Source: a virus
Lineage: Duplodnaviria > Caudoviricetes
DNA: 37,436 nucleotides
Virus record (IMG/VR): IMGVR_UViG_3300033485_000046
Span: 1-37,436 of that record
Reading direction: 5' to 3' (one strand)
Shown here: positions 31,927 through 37,436 of the stretch, piece after piece
Numbering within the stretch: the stretch's first letter is position 1
Layout of the letters: the number at the start of each line of letters is the position of its first letter
Program-made: the position numbers and the translations under genes
Notes under the pieces: generated by a model
What the model was told of the DNA's origin: nothing
Databases searched by the model: none
What the model saw: only the letters and a program-made list of their open reading frames with translations

Positions 31927-34900
31927 TGGATACGATTGATTTTGGTGCAAGACTTCTGAGTGTCGTACCACAAGCATTCAGGGACATGCCCTGGGTTAGC
32001 GGTTTGATTAGCGGCATTGCTACCCAAGTCCAACAACTCGATGACTCGACATTGGTCATGGCCCGTCTACTTCGTTCCATCGAAGAGACTCCGATTACCC
32101 ACGACTGTATTCAATACTCTTCTGGTGCCGCGGCTGTTGGTGCCGTTGTCTCGTCACTGCCAACGATCTGGGTTTCCGAAATCGGTGTCCCTGCCATCGG
32201 CACGACGCTGACTCAAGTTGGTGGGGCGACTGGTGTTGTGGCTAGCCACATTTTCGACTCGTCGAACGGATTGCTTAGGATCGAACTGTCTGGCGTGACT
32301 GGAACATGGGTCGTCGGTGCCGAATATTCTGGTACCGGTACCGTCGGTGTTTGTCAAGTATTCACGCCAGCTGCTTCTGGAACTATCTCTGAAATTGTAT
32401 CCGGCACTTCGTCGGATGGTGTCTGTCGATTGACGGGGGTTACTGGCACATTTAACCCATCGAGCATTGCTCTATTTCCAGAGTCGGGGAGTCTTAACGG
32501 TCAGGCGTCGTTCAACGGAACGACATCGAAGATCGCCCTCCCAAGCTTCAATAAGCCGACGACATGGTCAATGAATTGGTGGATGACGCCGGAAGCTGGC
32601 TCGAATAACATCGCTTGGATGTTGCCACGGGGCGGCGGTAACGTCTTCTTTGGGAGGGACGCTAGCTCTACCAACTGGCTCCTAGTCGCCGGTGCAAGCT
32701 ACCCGACAATGTGCAATCTGACGAATGATGTCAGAGTTATGGTAACCATCACTTACGACGGGACATACGCCCGTTGTTATAAAGATGGGACTCTCGTCAG
32801 TGGGCCGACGGCGATTGCCATTACCGACGCTACTGGAGTCGGGTACTTCGGGACCCTGGCAACATCTTTCTTCTACAAAGGCAAGCTCGATGAAGCCGTC
32901 CTCTGGAACCGCGAGTTGACGGCTGGTGAAGCTTCGAACTTATACAACTCGGGTGCTGGAACCGAAACTTTGTCGGGTTCGCTTGCATCTGGCGCTCTTC
33001 ACCAATGGCACTTTAACGGGGACTCGCTCGACTCAATTGGGTCAACCCATGGGACAGATACAGCCGTTACATACAGTTCAATAACCGGCCTCTTCTTGTC
33101 TAAACTGTACTCACTCGACAACGCATGGCTAACCAACCTCGGCAAGCTTGTCGGCTTCGAACGAGCCGAAGAATCGGATGACGTCACGGTTCGATATCTG
33201 CGTAGCCAGATTGCGACCAACGTTGGTTGGGGTAGAATTCAAGATTTATACAAGGTAGGCGCTTCGTTGTTCGGCGACGGTAACGTCTACGTCGATGACG
33301 GTGGTGAATCCCAATCAACCGTCCCTGGCTTCGGCATGGCATCGCGAGGGCCTATGACGGTAACTGTCGGTCCTGTCGATGTCGTGACCGTCAAAGAGAC
33401 TGATTACCAGAGGACGAAGGCTCAGTTGTTGTCGGTCAAACCGGCCGGTGTCGCGTTGTGGCTTGCCGCCCACCGGACCGCGACTGGGCTTGGGACCCCA
33501 TTCCGCTTCGGCCTTCCTCAGGCTGCGATTAATACGACACCCAACGTCGATACTGACATTCTCTGGAACCTTCTTGGATTCACTGGAGACTTGTCGACTG
33601 GCCGCTACTACCACACAGCGACACGGCTGCTAGATGGCCGAGTCCTCGTAACTGGCGGCATTGGCCCTTCGACGGCCGCAACAGCAACGTGCGAGGTATG
33701 GGATCCGACTACCGGGACTTGGACTCCAGCAAGTTCGATGTCTCAAGCTCGCTACTACCACCGTGCCCACCTGTTGGCTGATGGTCGCGTCTTGGTCGTC
33801 GGCGGGACCAATGGAAGCGTGTCGCTAGCAACTTGTGAAATCTTCAACCCTGCAACTAATACATGGGCTCCTACCGGTTCTCTTGGGACGGCCCGAGTGA
33901 CAGCGACTGCAGTCCTGGCAAGTGGAGACATCATCGCATGCGGCGGGTTTGGAACGGCAGACCTGGCGACATGTGAAATCTACAGTGTGTCAGCCGGGAC
34001 CTGGTCTAACACCGGATCAATGCTGGCGGCTCGCTCTTTCCATACAGCGACAACGCTAACTTCGGGTCAAGTCTTGGTGGCCGGTGGAGTCGGAAGGTCT
34101 TCAACAGAGACGTTCAACCCAGCATCCTCTACCTGGACTTCGGCCGGTTCGATGACTTCAGCCCGCTATTACCATACAGCCACCCTGCTCAGCACAGGTA
34201 AGGTTCTGTTGATTGACGGCTCGTCTGCATCGACGTCTTGTGACCTGTTCGACCCAACCCCTCGAACGTGCACTGCTACAGGTTCGCTACCTTCTGCCCA
34301 GACCAGGCATGCGACCTCACTTCTTGCTGATGGCAACGTCTTGATTGCAGGCGGCGTTGGGACTGGTAACTGTAATAAGTACACTGTCTCAACTGGAACT
34401 TGGGAAGTCATGGATTCGCTGAACTCACCTCGGAACGGTGCTACTGCAACTCTGACGGAGACTGGCATTGTCTTGGTTGCTGGCGGGTTCTATGTCACCC
34501 CACAAGTCACTTGCGAAGTCTATTCACCTTCGATTACTGGTGAGCCGTGCGCCGTCTTCAACGGAACGACTTCGGTCATCACAACACCAGCCCTAGGCCC
34601 TTCCGGGGCTCAAGCTCGAAGCATGGGATGCGCCTTCTACCAACCAGCGGCCACTCCAGCTCAGTATTTCTTGGGCTACGGGACGACTACCCCAGGTCAG
34701 GCCTTCCAATTCAAGATCGATTCGAGCACGATTTCTATTGACATCGGTGGCACAAGCTACCCGTTTGGAACTTGCATTCCTGGCGAGTGGCACTATGTCG
34801 TAGTCACATACGATGGAACAACCCTCAAAGGGTATGCTGATGGTACGCTTGGACTGACTCTTCCTATCACCCTGACTACAGCGGCCATCGGTGTCTTCCG

Positions 34901-35363
34901 AATTGGAGCCGGCCCTTCTGGAGTTGGCTTTACTAGGTGTATCTCACACGCCCACCTACATAACCGGGCAATAACAGCCACTCAAGTTCAAATTCTGTAC
35001 AACAATGGCAATGGCCCAGACTGGCAACATCTCGATGGCGCAGGTGACGGGATTATCCACTACTACCCGTTGATCAGTGGCATGTCGACTGATTTCGCCA
35101 GCCAGTTCCCAGGATGGCCCTTGGTCGGCTCTGCTGTAACCCAGACATCGCCCGCTGCTACTGGTACTGTCCATTCATATACACCAGCTGGTTATGATTC
35201 TGGTTACATCGAATTGTCTAATGTCACCGGAACCTGGACGACAGGAAGCCCCTACACGTGGACGTATGGCGGGGGAACCGTAGGTGCAGTCGGCCACTCT
35301 GGTAGCCACTTCGAAGCCCCTCCGACCCCGACAGATACATTCATTTCAATCGAAACAGTTTAG
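31926..35363 (+). CDS. Baseplate wedge (DUF2612-like) protein carrying two LamG domains and a six-bladed Kelch propeller
   Basis: Split wedge motifs (LGKLVG.ER...DD, KPAGV); six R..HTAT.L.DG.VLV.GG-type repeats; two ITYDG/VTYDG LamG domains. Confidence 0.82.
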   Translation: MDTIDFGARLLSVVPQAFRDMPWVSGLISGIATQVQQLDDSTLVMARLLRSIEETPITHDCIQYSSGAAAVGAVVSSLPTIWVSEIGVPAIGTTLTQVGGATGVVASHIFDSSNGLLRIELSGVTGTWVVGAEYSGTGTVGVCQVFTPAASGTISEIVSGTSSDGVCRLTGVTGTFNPSSIALFPESGSLNGQASFNGTTSKIALPSFNKPTTWSMNWWMTPEAGSNNIAWMLPRGGGNVFFGRDASSTNWLLVAGASYPTMCNLTNDVRVMVTITYDGTYARCYKDGTLVSGPTAIAITDATGVGYFGTLATSFFYKGKLDEAVLWNRELTAGEASNLYNSGAGTETLSGSLASGALHQWHFNGDSLDSIGSTHGTDTAVTYSSITGLFLSKLYSLDNAWLTNLGKLVGFERAEESDDVTVRYLRSQIATNVGWGRIQDLYKVGASLFGDGNVYVDDGGESQSTVPGFGMASRGPMTVTVGPVDVVTVKETDYQRTKAQLLSVKPAGVALWLAAHRTATGLGTPFRFGLPQAAINTTPNVDTDILWNLLGFTGDLSTGRYYHTATRLLDGRVLVTGGIGPSTAATATCEVWDPTTGTWTPASSMSQARYYHRAHLLADGRVLVVGGTNGSVSLATCEIFNPATNTWAPTGSLGTARVTATAVLASGDIIACGGFGTADLATCEIYSVSAGTWSNTGSMLAARSFHTATTLTSGQVLVAGGVGRSSTETFNPASSTWTSAGSMTSARYYHTATLLSTGKVLLIDGSSASTSCDLFDPTPRTCTATGSLPSAQTRHATSLLADGNVLIAGGVGTGNCNKYTVSTGTWEVMDSLNSPRNGATATLTETGIVLVAGGFYVTPQVTCEVYSPSITGEPCAVFNGTTSVITTPALGPSGAQARSMGCAFYQPAATPAQYFLGYGTTTPGQAFQFKIDSSTISIDIGGTSYPFGTCIPGEWHYVVVTYDGTTLKGYADGTLGLTLPITLTTAAIGVFRIGAGPSGVGFTRCISHAHLHNRAITATQVQILYNNGNGPDWQHLDGAGDGIIHYYPLISGMSTDFASQFPGWPLVGSAVTQTSPAATGTVHSYTPAGYDSGYIELSNVTGTWTTGSPYTWTYGGGTVGAVGHSGSHFEAPPTPTDTFISIETV

Positions 35364-35388
35364 TCCGAATCTACGGTTTGGGCGGTAA
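35363..35388 (+). promoter_or_regulatory. Putative late promoter GTCC-N16-CGGTAA (fibre/lysis module)
   Basis: TAGTCC-16-CGGTAA; ATG 8 nt downstream. Confidence 0.75.
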
Positions 35389-35396
35389 GGAACAAT

Positions 35397-36674
35397 ATGG
35401 CACTACCAACAGCACTTGTAGCATGGGATTCGACTGACGCAAACACAGACGTCCCTGACGCGTCGCAACAGTCTGTCGGGTATGGATTGACCGCCTATCC
35501 TACGGCCGGTGTTCTGAATTACCTGTTCAAAGGTTTTCGGGATCACTGCGATTACCTCCAAACTGGTATCTGGGCAGACGCCCACACTTGGACGGACGCT
35601 CAAACTGTATCAAAGGTTTCTGCCAACCAAATCCTGACTGTAACAAACAACGGAACGGGAAAGGCTGTCTACGCCTATGCCGCTGGGGTTGGAACTGCGG
35701 TAGACGCTACAAGCGTGAGTGGGATTGGAGTTTTGAGCCACGGTGCCACGTATGGTGTCGACGGTTATGCCACTGCAAGTTCAGGAACAAACTACGGCGG
35801 AAGATTTGATGCTGTATCCGGAATCGGATGCAAGGGGTCTGGGTCGGTTTACGGCGTTCAAGGAACAGGAAACGTAGCTGTCCACGGTTCGGGCGGAAGT
35901 GTTGGTGTCTACGGAACTGGGTCGACTTACGGAATTCAAGGTATCAGCGGCGGAACTGCCGTCTATGGATCTGGTGTTATCGGCGCCCAAGGCGAAGGCG
36001 GGTCGACCGGATACGGCGTGATCGGCAATGTCGGCGTGTTGATTGGTGGCACGCTAGCTGGAACGGGAGTAATCGGAAGCTCTTCCGTTGGTTATGGTAT
36101 TGAAGGTGTAAGTACTGTCAATATGGGTATTTACGGTCGTAGCGGTCCAGCAGATGGAGTCCGCGGACACTCGGCTAGCTCAACAGCCACATCTGGGGTG
36201 TCGGGCATTTATGCCGGGACCGGTAGCGGGTTCGGCGTAAACGGACAAAATGGATGTACCACCAACGGGACCAACGGGTTTGGTGGCTGGTTTAGTTGCT
36301 CTGGCGGTGGTACCGGAACTCGAACCGGAGTTTACGGGACAGGCGTCACATATGGAGGCAACTTTGATGGAGCGACCGGAGTTCGCGGATATGGTACAAC
36401 TGGAGTATTAGGTGAGGCTCCTACATCTGGTTACGGTGTGGTAGGGAGTACGGTATCCGGTCGCGGAGTCTCTGGAAGTGCATCTGGAACCGGAGTCGGA
36501 GTTTATGGATCTTCGACGTCAGGACCTGGCGGTCAGTTCCTAGGCAATGCCAGTCGCGGTGCAATCAACCTGGCCGCTCAGACGCGAAGCGGCGGCGTAG
36601 AGGGCGACATCTGCTACGATGCAGGCCACTTCTACGGATATATTGCCACAACGGGTTGGGTTCGGTTGGATTAA
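35397..36674 (+). CDS. Tail fibre protein with Gly-rich GVxG repeats
   Basis: N-terminal P.A..LNYLF attachment motif; more than 25 G[VI]xG repeats; GDI.YD...FYGY...GW C-terminus. Confidence 0.8.
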   Translation: MALPTALVAWDSTDANTDVPDASQQSVGYGLTAYPTAGVLNYLFKGFRDHCDYLQTGIWADAHTWTDAQTVSKVSANQILTVTNNGTGKAVYAYAAGVGTAVDATSVSGIGVLSHGATYGVDGYATASSGTNYGGRFDAVSGIGCKGSGSVYGVQGTGNVAVHGSGGSVGVYGTGSTYGIQGISGGTAVYGSGVIGAQGEGGSTGYGVIGNVGVLIGGTLAGTGVIGSSSVGYGIEGVSTVNMGIYGRSGPADGVRGHSASSTATSGVSGIYAGTGSGFGVNGQNGCTTNGTNGFGGWFSCSGGGTGTRTGVYGTGVTYGGNFDGATGVRGYGTTGVLGEAPTSGYGVVGSTVSGRGVSGSASGTGVGVYGSSTSGPGGQFLGNASRGAINLAAQTRSGGVEGDICYDAGHFYGYIATTGWVRLD

Positions 36675-36675
36675 T

Positions 36676-36924
36676 ATGCTCAACCTACCATACATAGTCG
36701 CCCAAATCGACCCCAACACTATCGCTTCATTGCTTAGTTTGGGACCGACTGGGTTTGCTGCACTGGCCATTGCTGGAGCTGTATGGATGTACATTCAAAA
36801 CCAGAATTTGCACGCCCGTCACGTTGAACTCCTGAAGAGTGTGATCCCAGTAGCAGAGAAGCTTGCCGAGTCTGTTGAGAGACTTGAGCGTCGGCTTGAT
36901 CGATGGGAGACGCAACCTAAGTAG
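36676..36924 (+). CDS. Putative holin (single TM plus coiled coil)
   Basis: LGPTGFAALAIAGAVWMYI TM segment; charged coiled C-terminus; upstream of the endolysin. Confidence 0.55.
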   Translation: MLNLPYIVAQIDPNTIASLLSLGPTGFAALAIAGAVWMYIQNQNLHARHVELLKSVIPVAEKLAESVERLERRLDRWETQPK

Positions 36925-36934
36925 GGGAGACAAC

Positions 36935-37111
36935 ATGACGAAATTCTGGAACAGTGTATTAGATGCAGTCAATCCGAATCGCAAATCAGACGCGCTATTC
37001 GAAGTTGCGATGTACCACATGCGGCGGGCGGGCGCACCTTCAAAGGTCGACGTTTTGTTCGCCGAGTTCGAAGCCAAAATCGCAGAAGCGAATGCAAGGA
37101 TGGGTGTGTAA
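36935..37111 (+). CDS. Small hypothetical protein (58 aa) in the lysis cassette
   Basis: GGGGAG SD; TAATG coupling to the endolysin. Confidence 0.65.
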   Translation: MTKFWNSVLDAVNPNRKSDALFEVAMYHMRRAGAPSKVDVLFAEFEAKIAEANARMGV

Positions 37112-37436
37112 TGAGCACCTTCGAAGCCGCTATTCCGGTGATTATGGCTCACGAAGGTGGTTGGGTGAACGACGCTTCCGATTTAGGGGCGGAGACGAAC
37201 TTCGGGTGGTCGACGTCCACCATCAAGTCTCTAGGACTCACGGCTGCCGACCTAGGCGTTCCAGGGCCTATGTTCTCTCCCGGCTACTTGAAGCCGATGA
37301 AGCCGGAAGTTGCCATTGCTCTATATCGAAAAGAGTTTTGGGACAAGTTCGGCTTCGGTGCCATCTTAGACCAAACGGCGGCAACAAAGTGTATGGACTG
37401 TGCAGTGAACTGCGGCCCCAAGCGTTCCGCCAAGAT
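37111..37436 (+). CDS. Endolysin, glycoside hydrolase family 108 (5' part; continues through the junction to 359, 185 aa total)
   Basis: ATG at 37111 in a TAATG overlap; MSTFEAAIPVIMAHEGGWVNDASDLGAETNFG carries the GH108 EGG..ND..D.G.ET.G motif. Confidence 0.92.
   Translation, partial: MSTFEAAIPVIMAHEGGWVNDASDLGAETNFGWSTSTIKSLGLTAADLGVPGPMFSPGYLKPMKPEVAIALYRKEFWDKFGFGAILDQTAATKCMDCAVNCGPKRSAK
37310..37436. repeat. Second copy of the 127-bp terminal overlap
   Basis: Exact copy of 1-127. Confidence 0.97.

Noticed and set aside
27960-35363. Diversity-generating retroelement acting on LamG/fibre genes
   Set aside because: No reverse transcriptase was found, and the repeated FNGTTS segments differ at synonymous positions of all bases, not only at adenines.
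37310-37436. 127-bp terminal repeat as a biological DTR or att site
   Set aside because: It falls mid-gene and its length equals a common assembler k-mer, so it is best explained as a circular assembly overlap.

Overview
The window is a complete, circularly assembled tailed-phage genome of 37,309 bp. Bases 1-127 recur exactly at 37310-37436 and the endolysin gene spans that junction. Gene content indicates a contractile-tailed myovirus. The leftward arm (599-9317, minus strand) is an array of short gene cassettes, most with their own sigma70-type promoter. It encodes several exported proteins (three lipoproteins, one with collagen repeats, and a papain-family protease with a MYXO-CTERM-like sorting tail), tiny membrane peptides, an endonuclease VII and a Toprim/VapE-type primase-helicase. 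A non-coding segment (about 9320-10130) holds a structured primase leader and GGGAGGG repeats, probably the replication origin. The rightward arm encodes a GIY-YIG nuclease, a phage sigma factor, terminase, portal, a MuF-metallopeptidase fusion, a fused protease-scaffold-capsid ORF, tail and baseplate genes with heavily inserted LamG/Kelch proteins, and lysis genes. Two tRNAs, Thr(UGU) and Ala(UGC), are present. A GTCC-N16-CGGTAA motif precedes four late modules and is the likely promoter of the phage sigma factor; in three cases the ATG lies exactly 8 nt downstream. I found no integrase, repressor, reverse transcriptase or CRISPR array. The host is inferred to be Myxococcota or a related lineage. 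All family assignments come from motif recognition by eye, not database searches.
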